DNA of 64,000 nt from Chiloscyllium plagiosum (Eukaryota), in contig NW_025215293.1 in the NCBI RefSeq assembly GCF_004010195.1, positions 20,372 through 84,371 on the forward strand, given 5' to 3'. Positions 11,820 through 25,330 of the stretch are shown piece after piece (position 1 is the stretch's first letter; every line of letters begins with the position of its first letter). A model generated the notes under the pieces. That model searched no databases and had not been told where the DNA came from. It worked only from the letters and a program-made list of their open reading frames with translations. Both the position numbers and the translations under genes were made by a program.

Positions 11820-12265
11820 CATAAAGTCATAGAGATGTACAGCTCAGAAACAGATCCTTTCGATCCAACCCGTCCATGCCAACCAGATACCCCAACCTAA
11901 TCTAGTCCCACCTGCCAGCACCCGGCCCATATCCCTCCAAACCCTTCCTATTCATATACCCATCCAGATGCCTCTTAAATGTTGCAATTGTACCAGCCTC
12001 CACCACTTCCTCTGGCAGCTCATCTGGCAACATCCTTGTAAATCTTTTCTGAACCCTTTCAAGTTTCACAACATCTTTCTGATAGGAAGGAGACCAGAAT
12101 TGCACGCAATATTCCAACAGTGGCCTAACCAATGTCCTGTACAGCCGCAACATGACCTCCCAACTCCAGTACTCAATACTCTGCCCACTAAAGGAAAGCA
12201 TACCAAATGCCGCCTTCACTATCCTGTCTACCTGCGACTCCACTTTCAAGGAGCCATGAACCTTT
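11820..12265 (-). mobile_element. CR1 3' fragment with internal deletion
   Basis: LYRTLVRPLLEYCVQFWSP...RFTRMLP joined directly to DELPEEVVEAG...FKRHLD. Confidence 0.9.
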
Positions 12266-12394
12266 ATGCCTTGAAATTTGTGACCTCCCTCTTTAGAGCA
12301 AAACCCTGAGGAAACAGAAATCAAAGGACCTGGAGGAAGCTATTTGCTGTGCTTTTTTGATCAAACCAGAAGCTTATTTTTCGCTTCATTCTTT

Positions 12395-13290
12395 CACAGG
12401 ATGAGGGCACCATTAGCTGGGCCCACCATTTATTGGCCATCCTTAATTGACCAGAGGGTTAATAAGACTCAAGCACATTACTGTAGCTCTGGAGTCACAC
12501 AGCGTCATAGAGTCCTTCCACATGGGACAGGCCCTTCAGCCAAAACTGGTCCATACCGACCAAAATGGCCATCCATGCTCACCCCATTACCCTGCACTGG
12601 GCCCATACCCTTCTAATCCTTCCCTCTCCATGTATTTGTCCAACTGCCTCTTAAATGTTGTTGATGTACCCGCCTCAACCACTTCCGCTGGCAGCTTATT
12701 CCACCTGCGTACCACCCTCTGGGTAAAAATGTTACCCCCCCTCAGGTTCCCTTTTATTCTTTCCCCTCTCACCTTAACCTGATGCCCTCTAGTCCTCGAT
12801 TCCCCAACCCTGGGGAAAAGGCTGAGAGTATTCACCCTATCCATGCCTTTCATGATCTTAGACACCTCTATAAGGTTACCCTTCAGTCTCCAAAGAAAGT
12901 ATCTAGACCAAATCAGGTAAGGATGGCAGTTTCCATCCCTAAAGGGCATCAGGGAACAAGATGGATTTTTCCTGACAAACTGGTCAACATTAGATCCTTA
13001 ATTCCACATTTTTTTAAGAATTGAATTCTAATTTCACCATCTGCCATGGCAGGACTTGCACCCACATCCTCAGAACGTTACCTGGGTCTCTGCGTTCGCG
13101 GGGAGAAAGTGAGGAACGCGGGATGCTGGAGATCGGAGCTGAAAATGTGTCGCTGGAAAAGCACAGCAGGTCGGGCAGCATCCAAGGAACAGGAGAATCG
13201 ACATTTCAGGCATGAGCCCTTCATCAGGAAACGTCGATTCTCCTGCTCTCTGCATTAGCGGTCCAGCGATAATACCCCTCAGCCATCACC
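12395..13290 (-). mobile_element. DeuSINE/SacSINE1-like SINE interrupted by a CR1 3' end (~12500-12895) and a Penelope-type mini-palindrome (13102-13246)
   Basis: GGAGTCAC...GGTAAGGATGGCAGTTTCC..CCTAAAGG Deu-domain-like core and tRNA-like head; similar pieces at ~24880-25005 and ~26325-26500. Confidence 0.6.
13102..13246 (-). mobile_element. Penelope-derived short insertion with hammerhead motif
   Basis: Minus CTGATGA-AGGGC-TCAT-GCCT-GAAATGTC; short inverted arm; imperfect 15-bp flanking duplication TCTCTGC(G/A)TT(C/A)GCGG. Confidence 0.75.
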
Positions 13291-13699
13291 ACCCCCCACC
13301 ATTTGCTCATTCACGGGGATGTAGGTTTTTTTTTTAATTAGTTAACTAATTAACTCATAATTAAACAACTAATTCAGTCAATGTGAAGATTGTGAGCCAA
13401 GTGCTGAGAAGGTGGGATTGGAAGTGTGATGTGGTTATCTTGGACTGGTGCAGACTGAGTGTGCTGAAGGGAACTTTCACGTGCTGTAGCTCTTGCTGAT
13501 GAATCTTCTTCATGCTTTTTCTCTCCCATGTTTTTGTTTTATTTCTGTTCGCATCTTTTCCCTTTTGCTTTCTCCCTCTGTCTGCCTTCCCGCCTGAATT
13601 TATCCACGTGAACCTCCCCTTCTGCTTTTTATTTTCACCTTTAAATTCCACAGGTTCTGAGGTTTTAATGAAAAACTAGCACCCGTTAACTCGTCGTAT

Positions 13700-14400
13700 C
13701 AAAATCTCGAATGGCACGTGATAAAGAAAGGTTTTCCTCCTTCTCTTCTCTAAACCTCTCGCCTTCCACTTTAAAATGATGCCCCCTTGATATTGACCCT
13801 TTGACTAAGTTGCTATCTACTCCCTCTTAATCTTATCCAAGTCTGTCAGGTCCCCCCTCAATCTTCTATATGCAAAAATAACAACCTGAGCTTATCCAGC
13901 CTCCCTTAGTCACTAGACTGCTCCATCCCAGGCAACATCCTAGTGAATCTCCTCTGCTCGGATATCTCTGTGGTGACCAATACTGCACAGAGTACTTCCC
14001 ACAGTGGCCTAACCAAAGTTCTGAACAGCTCCAATATAACCGCCCTGCCCTTATAACCTATACTCTAGATTAGAGTGGTGCTGGAAAAGCACAGCAGTTC
14101 AGGCAGCATCCGAGGAGCAGGAAAATCGACGTTTCGGGCAAAAGCCCTTCATTAGGAATACAGACAGAGTCCCCACCCTTCAGGCTTTCTGCCTATATTC
14201 CTGATGAAGGGCTTTTGCCCGAAACGGCGATTTTCCTGCTCCTCAGACCTAATCTAGATTCTGGTTTCCAGCATCTGCAATCATTGTTTTTACCTTATAA
14301 CCTATACCGTGACTGATTAAGGTAAGTGTCCTACATGACTTCAAAATTACCCTATTAACCTGTCCAACCAGCTCCAGGGATCTGAGGACGAGCACTCCAA
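13700..14400 (-). mobile_element. Degraded CR1 3' region hosting the 14064-14292 insertion
   Basis: GGCAACATCCTAGTGAATCTCCTCTGC and GGCCTAACCAAAGTTCTG CR1 signatures. Confidence 0.7.
14064..14292. mobile_element. Palindromic Penelope-derived element with two divergent hammerheads
   Basis: Inverted arms; HHR cores at 14128-14155 (-) and 14201-14228 (+); perfect flanking duplication CCTTATAACCTATAC (14049-14063 / 14293-14307). Confidence 0.88.
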
Positions 14401-14710
14401 GATTAGATTAGATTAGATTACTTTACAGTGTGGAAACAGGCCCTTTGGCCCAACAAGTGCACACCGACCTGCCAAAGCGCAACCCACCCATACCCCTACA
14501 TTTACCCCTTACCTAACACTACAGGCAATTTAGCATGGCCAATTCACCTGACCTGCACATCTTTGTGGGAGGAAACCGGAGCACCCGGAGGAAACCCACA
14601 CAGAAACGGGGAGAACGTGCAAACTCCACACAGTCAGTCGCCTGAGGCGGGAATTGAACCCGGGTCTTTGGCGCTGTGAGGCAGCAGTGCTAACCACTGT
14701 GCCACCGTGC
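14400..14710 (-). mobile_element. Young HE1 SINE with (CTAAT)n tail
   Basis: Full tRNA-like head, body and GATTA-repeat tail; near-identical to 44655-44952 and 53795-54108. Confidence 0.93.
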
Positions 14711-14889
14711 TGTTATTCATTGAGCACTTCCTTTTTTTGTTCCTTCTTCCAAAGTGCATCACCTTTAAATTCCACCTGCCAAAGATCTGCCCAACCCATT
14801 TATATCTTCCTATAACCAAACCTAGTTCATGGAATCCTCACTACATGGAAGGGGACCAAGCCTATGTTTGAGTCCAGATGACCTCAGTT

Positions 14890-15200
14890 GAAATCGTAGA
14901 ATCCTTGCAGTGCAGAAAAAGGCCATTCGGCCCATTGAGTCTTCACTGACCCCTTCGAAGGGCATCCCATCCTCACCAGGCCATGGCTCATCCATCTAGT
15001 CTGCTCCTCTCTGGACAGGGCAAGGCAGTTTCTCACAGCCAGAGCACTCTAATCTGCACATCTTTGGACTACAGGAGGAAACCCACGCAGACACAGGAAG
15101 AGAACACACAAACGCCACACAGACAGCTGCCCGAGGCTGGAATTAAACCCAAGTCCCTGATGCCATGAGGTAGCAGTGCTAACCACTGAGCCACCATCCC
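14890..15200 (-). mobile_element. HE1-like SINE
   Basis: CAGTGCTAACCACTGAGCCACC head and GGCCATTCGGCCC tail. Confidence 0.75.
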
Positions 15201-16129
15201 AAATTTATTTCCCATGATGTCCATACAATTTCTTTTTGGAAGCATTGCTCACTTCCGACATACGAATGGCAAAGTGTTTCAGACAATTAACTGCAAAATG
15301 ATTTCCCTTCAGAACAAAGGGGGACCAATTTAAGACCAACGTGAGGAAAGAACGTTTCTCTTGGGGGAATGAGTCTTTGGAATTCCCTTCTTGCCACAGA
15401 GAGCCGATGGAGGGAGGTTAGAGTCCTTGCATTTATTTAAGGCTGAGTTCAATTGATTCTTAATCAGTTGGGGAATGAAAGGTGACTGGGAAAAGGGAGG
15501 AAAATGGACACAAGGAATGTTGGATCAGCCATGCTCCCCTTGAACGGTGGGGTAGACTCGAGGGAGTCCAACACACTACTCCTGTTCCAATTTCTCGTGT
15601 TCTTTCCTGGTCTTATGGTCTCCTGCAAATCTTGTTGAAAACCTCAAATCTATAGTTTCCAAGTCTTTGGAAATAACGAGCAGCTTTGCCAACCTTCCAT
15701 CGTGATTTTGTCCAAGTCTATGCAAACAACGCTCCATGTCCTTTGCTCCAACCTCTCCAGCCTGAATGTGTCTTAAAATGGACTCACTGTACAGCGATAT
15801 ATCCTGTTACTCCATCAGGAAGTAATCAAGGGAACCAAGAAAGCTAACGAAATGTTGGCGTTTGTGTCGAGAGTGTTGGAGTACAAGGATGCTGACGTTG
15901 TGCTGCAGTTATACAAAACCCACTTGGAGTACCAGTGAACAGATGAGGGCACCACACTTCAGAAAGAATATCTTGGCCTTGGAGGGAGCCCAGGACAAGA
16001 ATGATACCTGGGCTTCAGGAATTAAGCTGTGAGGAGGATTTGCACAAATGAGGCCAGTTTTCTCGGAGAATTTAAAAGGTTACGGGGTGATCTGATCGGA
16101 GCCTTCAAGATACTTGAGGGGCAGGCAGC

Positions 16130-17340
16130 ATTGAGGAGGTGGGCAGGTTGCGGAAGGATTTGGACTGGTTAGGAGGGTGGGCAAAGAAGTGACAGATGGA
16201 GTACAACATGGGAAAGCGTGAGGTCATGCACTTTGGTCAGAAGAATAGAGACATGGGTTGTTTTCTAAATGGGGAGAAAATTCAAAAGTCTGAAGTGCAG
16301 AGACTTGGGAGTTCTAATCCAGGATCCTCTCAAGGTAAATTTGCAGGTTGAGTCAGTAGTTGGGAAGGCAAATGTAATGATGCATATTTTGAGAGGACAT
16401 GAAGATAAGAACAGGGATGTATTTCTGAGGCTCTATAAACCACTGGTCAGGCCACATTTGGAGTTTTGTGCGCAGTTTTGGGCCCCATATCTCAGGGAGG
16501 ATGTACTGGCCCTGGAGCGTGTTCAGAGGAGGTTCGCAAGAATGGTCCCAGGAATGAAAAGCTTAACGTACAAGGAACGTTTGAGGACTTGGGGTGGCAC
16601 GGTGGCTCAGTGGTTAGCACTGCTGCCTCACAGCACCAGGGTCCCAGGTTCAGTTTGCACATTCTCCCCATATCTATGTGGGTTTCCTCCGGTTTCCTCC
16701 CACAGTCACAAAGATGTGCAGGTTAGGGTGAATTGGCCGTAGTGTTAGGCACATTAGTCAGAGGGAAATGGGACTGGTTGGGTTACTCTTTGGAGGGTTG
16801 GTGTGGACTGGTTGGGCCGAAGGGCCTGTTTCGACACTGTAGGGAATCTAATCTATATTCGATGGAGTTGAGAACGATGAGGGAGGATCTAATTGAAACA
16901 TCCAGAATAACAAATGGCCTGGAAGGAGAGGATGTTGGGAAGATGTTCCCATTGGGAGGAGGGACTAGGACCCGAGGGCACAGCCTTAGAGTAAAGGGAA
17001 GAGCTTTTAGAATGGAGATTCTTCTTCAGCCAGAGAGTGGGGAATCGATGGAATTCACTGCCACAGAAGGCTGTGGAGGCCAGGTCATTGAGTATATTTA
17101 AGACTGAGAGAGAGAGGTTCTTGAGTATCAAGGCAATCCCGGATTACAGGGAGAAAGCGGGAGAATGAAGAAGGGCCTGTGCCCGAAACGTCGAATCTCC
17201 TGTTCCCTGGATGCTGCCTGACCTGCTGTGCTGTTCCAGCAATAAAGTTTCAAGGTTGAGAAACTTATCAGCCATGATTGACTGGCGGAGCAGAATCGAT
17301 GGGCAGGAAGGCTTAATGTTTGCTCTTATGTCTCCTGTCT
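16130..17340 (+). mobile_element. CR1 ORF2 3' part with a nested HE1 SINE (16592-16852) and a Penelope terminal fragment (17167-17253)
   Basis: RDLGVL...LYKPLVRPHLEFCAQFWAPYLREDVLALERVQRRF...RTRGHSLRVKG. Confidence 0.9.
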
Positions 17341-18269
17341 CATTAACAGCAAAAGACAGAGATAAACCATTTCCACTGGTTGGAGGTTGTAGAGCTCAAG
17401 GGCATCGTCTGAGAATTTAAACCGGACTGTTCAAGAGAGATGTTAGGAAGGACTTCTGCACTCACAAAGGATGGTAGAGGTTTGAACCTCTCTTACATAA
17501 CTGGCTGCGTTAGTTAACTTCACATCTGAGATCAATATTTTGGTCAGTGTGGGTAGGTTTGAGCCGAAGGGCCTATCCGACTCAATGACTCTACTCCTTT
17601 CATGAAACAAAGGTATTTAAGGGATATGGTGTTAGGCCACAGATTAGCCACTGAGTAGTGGAATAGGGCCAAGAGGCTTACTTCTGTTCCCATCAAAGAA
17701 AATCGATGATATGCATCCAACACATTCAGGGTTGTGCAAATAGCTTTCGGCGTGCCTTGGCAAACACAAAGCTTCCTAGCTTTCCGTTGTCTTTTCGTTA
17801 CTCTGTTGTGGTGTATGGTTGTACCGGCAAAGCCCAGTATCTGTTGCCCATCTCTTCATCGCTTGTGGGAAGCTACTGGTGAGTCATCTTGCTTGAGCTG
17901 CTGCTGGGTGTACTTTTAGGGAGGGAGTTCTGGGATTTGCAGCCAGCGACAATGAAAGAGTCGGGGCGGTGCGTGACTCAGAGGGGGATCTGCAGGCGGT
18001 GTGCCCACTGCCCTTGTCTTACGAGCTGGCAGAGTAGGTGGAGTTTGGTAAGTGTTGCCCATTGGTTGAAGTGTCGGAAATGCACCTTGCACAGCACTGC
18101 ACACAGCTCTCACTGCATGTTGGCGTCGGTGAGAGATAACCTTTTTTAATAAGTGTATATTATTCATTTAAAAAGTCTTTATTTATATACATAGTCACCA
18201 GAGCAGTTCGATTCAGTCGGTGGGTGACAATTGGGCTCATGATAAATGACATAATACCTGCATCCCCAC

Positions 18270-18965
18270 TCTAAGTGATTAAAGACTTAACAGCAATCTC
18301 GGTTTATTCAATACATCACATCAGTTGTATGGCACTTTGATCCTTTCACTGTAAATTCTGACTCCTTTAACCCTGTCCCACCTGGCAAAGGAGCGGTGCT
18401 CTGAAAGCTAGGGCTTCCAACTAAACGAGGTCAATTCCTGGAATGGCGGGACTATCTTACGCTGAAAGATTGGAGCGACTGAGCTTGAGTTTAGAAGGCT
18501 GAGAGGGGATCTGGTTGAGACGTATAAGATTATTAAAGGATTGGACATTCTGGAGGCAGGAAGCATGTTTCCGCTGATGGGTGAGTCCCGAACCAGAGGA
18601 CACGGCTTAAAAATAAGGGGTAGGCCACTTAGAAAAGAGTTGAGGAGAAATGTCTTCACCCAGAGAGTGGTGGGTGTATGGAATGGTCTGTCCCAGAAGG
18701 CTGTGGAGGCCAAGTCTCTGGATACTTTCAAGAAAGAGATGGATAGAGCTCTTAAGGATAGTGGAATCAAGGGGTATGGGGATAAGGCAGGAACAGGATA
18801 CTGATTGAGGATGATCAGCCATGATCATAATGAATGGTGGTGCTAGCTCGAAGGGCAGAATGGCCTACTCCTGCACTGACTGTCTATTGTCTAAACCTGT
18901 TGGACCATAACCTGGTTGTCGGGTGATTTTTTTTGTCCACCCCAGTCCAACACCGGACCCTCCAC
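18270..18965 (+). mobile_element. Penelope-type terminal repeat (family B, degenerate HHR) split by a CR1 3' insertion (18427-18890) with CTAAAC duplication
   Basis: GGAGCGGTGCTCTGAAAGCTAG...CTAAAC | CR1 | CTAAACCTGTTGGACCATAACC; matches the 58508-58710 family. Confidence 0.75.
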
Positions 18966-20399
18966 ATCAAGCAGTGTTTAGCCACTCCAGGCTAGGGATG
19001 GAGGGGGAGGGAGGCCTATTCCATCATACTCCTGCCATGTGTCTTGCGTATGGTGAACTGCTGGGGAGTCGGGGATAACTCTGTATTCAGAACTACAGTC
19101 ATTACGTAGCTGCGTGGTTCAATTTCTGGTTGATAGGGCGAAGCGAAAAGTTGATAGTAGGTGGAATTCAGCACTGAGTGCCAATGTTTTCCCATATTAC
19201 TGTTTGTAAAATCTCTTGCTCTTGTATCAAGCTAGCACAAAACGCAGCTCAGAGTCTCTGCCTTGGCTACAAGCTTCCAATGGTGTCATGTTTATTTGAA
19301 TTCTTGGAACCTTTGCTACATTCTGTAGCACACCTTGTCTTCAAAGCCTTGCGAGCAGCGTGTAAATAAACTACCTCCACCCACCCACGTCTCCATCAAT
19401 TCCTGACAGAGCTCAGTCAGGTTGGTTAAACATACTCAGCATTCCCCGCTTATCCCAGGATCGGGAAATTTTCCCCTGCCCAGAAAGAGGCCGTTTCACT
19501 CAAAGGCTGGCTTGCCCCAGCTCTCTGAATGAGCAACTCGCTTATTGCCAATAACCGCCATCATCTTCCTCTAATTGCCCGCGCTATGCCCTTTCTGATG
19601 ACAGTCTGGCTCCCCTTCAGCAGAGTTTGCATCTCGTCTCATCGTTGCTCAGGTTGAGACGAGACAACCTTCCTCCCCATCGTAAGACCATAACAGCAGA
19701 AACGGAGGCCATTCAGCCCGTCCAGTCTGCTCAGCCGTGCAACAAAATCGTGGCTGATCCGACAATCCTCGACTCCGCGTTCCCTTGTGGTCCTCACTTC
19801 CCTTCCTCGTTCAAAATCTCAGCCTTGCGATCGATCCTCCTGCTGTATTAATCCCCACCTCTTTCACTGGGGTCCGCGCCCGCGCGCTTCCCTCCACTTC
19901 ACCCGACAAAGGAGCGGCGCTCCGAAAGCTTGTGATTTCAAATAGACCACAACCTGGTGTCACGTGACTTTGTCCACCCCAGGCTAACGCCAGCAGCTCC
20001 ACAACACTGTGGGCTGGCTAATAGCACCTTCCTTGTGTACAGTGTAATGAAGTGGCTCTGAGGAGTCAGGGAATGACAGCACATAAGGTGAAAAATATTG
20101 ACTTAATACCTCAGCAACAGCTCTAATTAAACTTTCTCTTCCTTTTACGGCCCATTTACTATTCATATGCTATAAAAACATTTTGGCGTTCCCTTTAATA
20201 TTGGCCAAGTTTCTATTTGCATCCACTGAGTTCATTTGCTTTTCATTTCCTCTCTGAACCTTCAGTCTGGTTCTCCATTGTATAACCTATGTGGCATTTA
20301 CCAAGATTATATCTCACCTTCTTCATGTAAATCTCTATCTTTTGTGTCATCCAGGGTCGTATCCATTTGTTTACACCCCTTAATTAGTAATATAGTGAT

Positions 20400-20712
20400 A
20401 TGGTGGTTCGCACTGCTGCCTCACAGCGCCAGTGACCCGGGTTCGATTCCAGCCTCGGGCGACTGTCTGTGTGGAGTTTGCACGTTCTCCCCGTGTCTGC
20501 GTGGGTTTCCTCCGGGTGCTCGGGTCTCCTCCCACACTCCAAAGATGTGCAGGTTAGTGGGATTGACTGTGCTAAATTGCCCTTAGTGTTCAGGTTAGGT
20601 GCATTAGTCAGGGGTAAATGGAGGCTGGGGGCAATGGGTTTGGTTGGGTTACTCTTGGGAGGGCTAGTGGGAGGCCGAAGGACCTGTTTCCACTCAGTAG
20701 GGATTCTAATTC
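20400..20712 (+). mobile_element. HE1 SINE
   Basis: GGTTCGATTCC B-box, GTGTGGAGTTTGCACGTTCTCCCCG body. Confidence 0.88.
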
Positions 20713-20894
20713 TAAACTGTGCCCAATGTACCTGAAAGTCACCCATCGCTCAGAGATTGCAAGATTTTGATTCAGGTTATATTCAGCCAAGATCAGGGTT
20801 GGCTTTCACCCATTACTCTGGATTGTTCCTTGCCCTTTTTCATAGCAAATCTAAAACATATGATAGAATGATCACTGTCCCCTAAACATTGCCC

Positions 20895-21520
20895 CATTAG
20901 CATTTGATACACTGGGGTGTTGACTATAAGGAGAGGGAAGTTACGCTGCAGCTTTATGGAACTCTAGATAGGCCACACTTGGAACATTGTGTACAGTTCT
21001 GGTCACCCCACTATCAGAAGGGTGTGGATGCTTTGCAATGGGTTCAGAAAAGGTTTACCAGGATGTTGCCTGGTGTGGGGAATTTTAGTGATGAAGATAG
21101 GTTGGATAGACTGGGTTTGTTTTCACTAGAATGTAGGAGGTTGAGGGGTGACCTGATAGAAGTTTATAAGATGGCGAATGGCTAGAGGGCAAAATATGAG
21201 GATGTATCCCAGGGTGGAGGTGTCAATAACCTAGGGGACACAGGTTCAAGATGCGGGGCGGGGGGGGGGGGGGGGATGATGTTTAAAAGAGATGTGCGAG
21301 GCAAATGTTTTTCACACAAAGAGTGGTGAGTGCCTGGATCGCGCTGTCAGAGGATGTGGTGGAAGCTGACACAACAGCAGCGTTCACATGAACGAACACA
21401 TGAATATGAAGGGAATAGAGGGAAATAGATCGTGAAGGCAGTTTTAGTATGGAAGCGCAAAATGTGTCAGCGCAGGCCTGGAGGGGCCGAAGGGCCTGAT
21501 CCTGTACTGTATTGGGTTTC
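20895..21520 (+). mobile_element. CR1 3' fragment
   Basis: LQLYGTLDRPHLEHCVQFWSPHY...RRLRGDLIEVYK. Confidence 0.88.
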
Positions 21521-21529
21521 CTTCACAGA

Positions 21530-22220
21530 ATTGCAGAATTGTTAGAGTGCAGATGGCGGCCATTTGGCCCATGTTCCTTGTCTGAGCTCATTAGATGAGC
21601 ATCATAACCAGTCCCACTCTCCTGGCTTTTCCCCTGTGTATTACTACTATCCAAACAGCCATCCAATGCCCCTTTTGGATGGTTCAATTGAAGCTGCCTC
21701 CACCACATTTCCAGGCAATGCATTCCCGACCCGGGCTACTCGCTGCGAGAAAAGCTTTTACCTCAAATCACCCTTATTTGGTTTTCACATCACTTTAAGT
21801 CTCTGCCCCCTCTCGTACATTTTCCCCTTTGAGTGCAGGAACAGCTTCTCTCTCTCTCTACCCTGCCCAGACCCTGCTCATGATTTTGAAAACCTCTACC
21901 AGATCTCCCTCTCAGCCTTCTTCTCTCTGAGGAGAACAGTCTCAACGTCTTCAATCCCTGGACCCATTCTTGACAATGGCTGACTGCACTTTCTCTGTTT
22001 CTCTCTCTGTCTCCCTCCGATGCGTTCAGGTCTTTCCTATCATGTGGCGCCCACAGTACTCCAGCTGAGGTCCAACAGGCGTCTTATACAAGTTCAACAT
22101 CTCTTCTTTGCTCTTGCTCTCAATGCCCGCCTCAATAAAGCCAGGAGCACTGCGTGCTTTATTAACTGGTTCTCTTCATCTGTTCTGCCACCCTCAATGA
22201 GTTGTGCACGTGGCTTGGGT
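21530..22220 (-). mobile_element. Degraded CR1 3' fragment
   Basis: CR1 3' UTR and C-terminal signatures on the minus strand. Confidence 0.6.
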
Positions 22221-22919
22221 TGTTCTCTCTGGAGTGACAGACATTGGTGGGAGACAGGGTTGAAGTCGGTAAAATGATGAGCTGCACAGTTAGGGTTGGT
22301 GGGTCAGAATACTTTTCTCCCCCAGAGTTGGAAAATATAATACTGAGGTGGGGGCAGGCATTTTAGGTGAGAGGCAGACAATTCAAAGGAGGGGACAGTT
22401 TTATTTTTACACAGAGAGTGGTAGGTGTCTGGAATGCACCGCTATGGGGTGGTGGTGGAGGTAGATACAGTAGGGGGCATTTAAGGGGCTTTTAGTTAAA
22501 CGCATGAACATGCAAGGAATGGAGCAAGAAGGGACTGGTTTAATTTGGCGTCACGTTCTGCCCAACATTGTAGGCCAAAGGGCCTGTTCTGTGTTCAAAA
22601 CATAACAAGCTCCCCCTGCTCCTGCACCGTCTTTAGAATTTTATCTCCTATTTAATGTTGCCTTTCAAAGTTCCTCTCAATAAAATGTGTCAACTCACAT
22701 CTCTCAATCCACCATCTGATTTCAAAATTCCAGGTCCCCTCTCCTAGGCTGCGAAACACATACTGCTGTCGGATATTTTCTTGAATGCCACCCCGTGAAT
22801 TCTTGCCCATCTTTGCACTTATCACCACTTCCACCTGAGGCTATATTCCAATCATCAAACTTCCCCCCAATGTCTCCCACACGTGACCACTACTTTTCTC
22901 ATTCCTATGCCTACATTTT

Positions 22920-23170
22920 AGATTAGATTCCATACAGCGTGGAAACAGGCCATTTGGTCGAACAGGTCCACACCAACCCACCCATACTCATTTCCCTCTG
23001 ACTAATGAACCTATCACTAGAGCGCGGCCAATTCACCTGCACGCCTTTGGACTGTGGGAGGGAATCAGAGCACCCAGAGGAAACCCACACAGCCAGTCAC
23101 CCAAGGCGGGAATCGAACCTGGGTCCCTGACACTGCGAGGCAGTCGTGCTAACCACTAAGCTACCATGTC
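22920..23170 (-). mobile_element. HE1 SINE
   Basis: GATTAGATT tail; GGAATCGAACC B-box complement. Confidence 0.82.
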
Positions 23171-23644
23171 CCTTTAAATTTGGAAAATGATTCTCTCTGA
23201 ACATAACAATGAAAAGAAGGATTTTCCCTTCTCCGTCCCTCTGCTGATCCATGCCCTTCTCATTACCTTGTAGACTATTCCAATACAAGTTTATATTTGC
23301 ATAATTAATGATCTCCTTTAATGCTCCTCTTGAAATCTTGTACCGCTCTCTAATCTCTTTGCAAATTTGTTTTTCCACTTCCTTCCCGTCAATTAGAGGC
23401 TTATAGATTCCAAAGTGCAATGTAATTGTGGTGTTTTTGTGGAAATGTGTTGTGCCCCGCCCAGCTTCTGGAGTAGGCAGCTCAGAAAGGGGACTCCAGC
23501 ACTGCACCCAGATCCTGTACAATTCAGCTCTGCCCAATTTGAACACGGATCACTAACTTCAGACTCTACCCTGCTCGCTGCCACTCTGCGGAACCCACAG
23601 CGTTATCTTAATCACACTGTCCAACGTGATCTAAAATGCATGCA

Positions 23645-23930
23645 TGGTGCTTCAGTGGCTAGCGCTGCTGCCTCACAGTCCAAGGGCCCAGGTTCGATTC
23701 CAGCCTTGGGTGATGTCGTGTGGAGTTTGCACATTCTCCCCGTGTCTGCGTGGGTTTCCTCCCACTGTCCAAAGACGTGCAGCTTGGGGTGGATTGGCCA
23801 CACGAAATAGCCCATAATGTTAGGTGCATTAGTCAGGGGGAATGGGTCTGAGTGGGTTACTCTTCGGAGGGTCGGCGTGGACTTGTTGGGCCGAAGGGCC
23901 TGTTTCCATACTGTAAATAATCTAATCTAA
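23645..23930 (+). mobile_element. HE1 SINE
   Basis: A/B boxes, body and TAATCTAATCTAA tail. Confidence 0.88.
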
Positions 23931-25007
23931 TGGCCTGCTTCCACACTGGTGGGACTATGCTTGCGACGTATACAATGATGAGGGCACACAGTCAGGCTCT
24001 ATTCTCCTTGACGGAGTTATAAATGACCAAGGGGGAGGAGGGCTGGGAGAAAAAGCTTTTGTACTCAGAGGTTGAAGGAAATCTGGAACTCCCTGCCCGT
24101 AACGGTGGTACAAGCAGAAGGAACAAAGAACAACACAGCACAGAAACAGGCCCTTCGGCCCACCAAGCCTATGCTGACACACCACACCCTTCCAAACTAA
24201 AAACCTTTTGTCTCTACACTGTCCATATTTTTCTATTCCCTGCCTATGCGTGTTTCTGTCAAGCTTCCTCTGAATTGTAGCTAATGTATCTACTTCTATC
24301 ACACCCCCCACCCCCCCCCCACCCAAGACTGCATTGTACTCACCACCCTCTGTGGTAAAAGCCTTACCTCTCCTATCTCCTTTAAAGGTTAGCCCCTTCC
24401 CCTTAAACCCGTGTCCCCAAGTATTTGATATTTCGAACGCGGAATCGGAAATTGCTGGAGAAATCTCAGCAGGGTCTAGCAGCATCTGCGAGAGAGAAAG
24501 CTGAGGTAACATTTCAGGTCCGGTCACCTTTCTCCAGAACTGTTCTTCCAACCTGCCACGTTCTCCCAGAAATGTTTGGTTTTGTCCCTGATTTCCAGCA
24601 TCCACAGTTCTCTTCAGCTGTATTGACGCTCCTACCCTGGGAGCAATAGACTCTGCCCATCCGATCTACCGGTGCCCCTCATACGTTTGTAAATTTCTAT
24701 CAGGTTGCCCCTCGCCCTTCAATGTTCGAGAGAGAGCAAGCCAATCTCTCCACAGAGTTAATACCCTCCAAGCCATCCTTGTAAACAGAGGCTCTGAAGA
24801 ACGGTTACTGACCTCGAAACATTAACTCTATTTCTCTCTCTGCAGATACTGCACAGTTTCTCCAGCAATGCTGGAGAATGTGGGCGTCACTGGGCAGGGT
24901 GCACCACCCATCCCGAGTTGCCCAGAGGGTCGTTAAGAGTCAACCATGTGCGTCTGGAGTCACGTGTAGGCCAGACCAGGTAAAGATGGCAGTTTCCTTT
25001 CCCCTAA

Positions 25008-25330
25008 GGGCAGTACGGTGGCTCAGTGGTTAGCACGGCTGCCTCCCAGTGCCAGGGTCCCAGGTTCGATTCCTGCTTCGGGCAGACTATCTGCATGCAG
25101 TTTGCAAAATCTCCCCTGTGTCTGGGTGGGTTTCCTCCCACAATCCAAAAATGTGCAGATTGGATGAATTGACCATGTTAAACTGCCCCGTAGTGTACAG
25201 GGATGTGTAGGCTAGCTGCATTAGTCAGTGGTAAATGTAGAGCAAAAGCTTCTGAGTGGGTTGCTTCTTTGGAGACGCGGACTTGTTGGGCTGAAGGGCC
25301 TATTTCCACGCTGTAGGGATTCTATTCTAG
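25008..25330 (+). mobile_element. HE1 SINE
   Basis: GGTGGCTCAGTGGTTAGCAC head, GGTTCGATTCC B-box. Confidence 0.85.

Noticed and set aside
19900..19990. Family B hammerhead-like motif (also 18380-18420, about 7462 and about 39655)
   Set aside because: Core degenerated (for example CCGACAA, CTGGCAA, GGAAC); TE remnants, not called as ribozymes.
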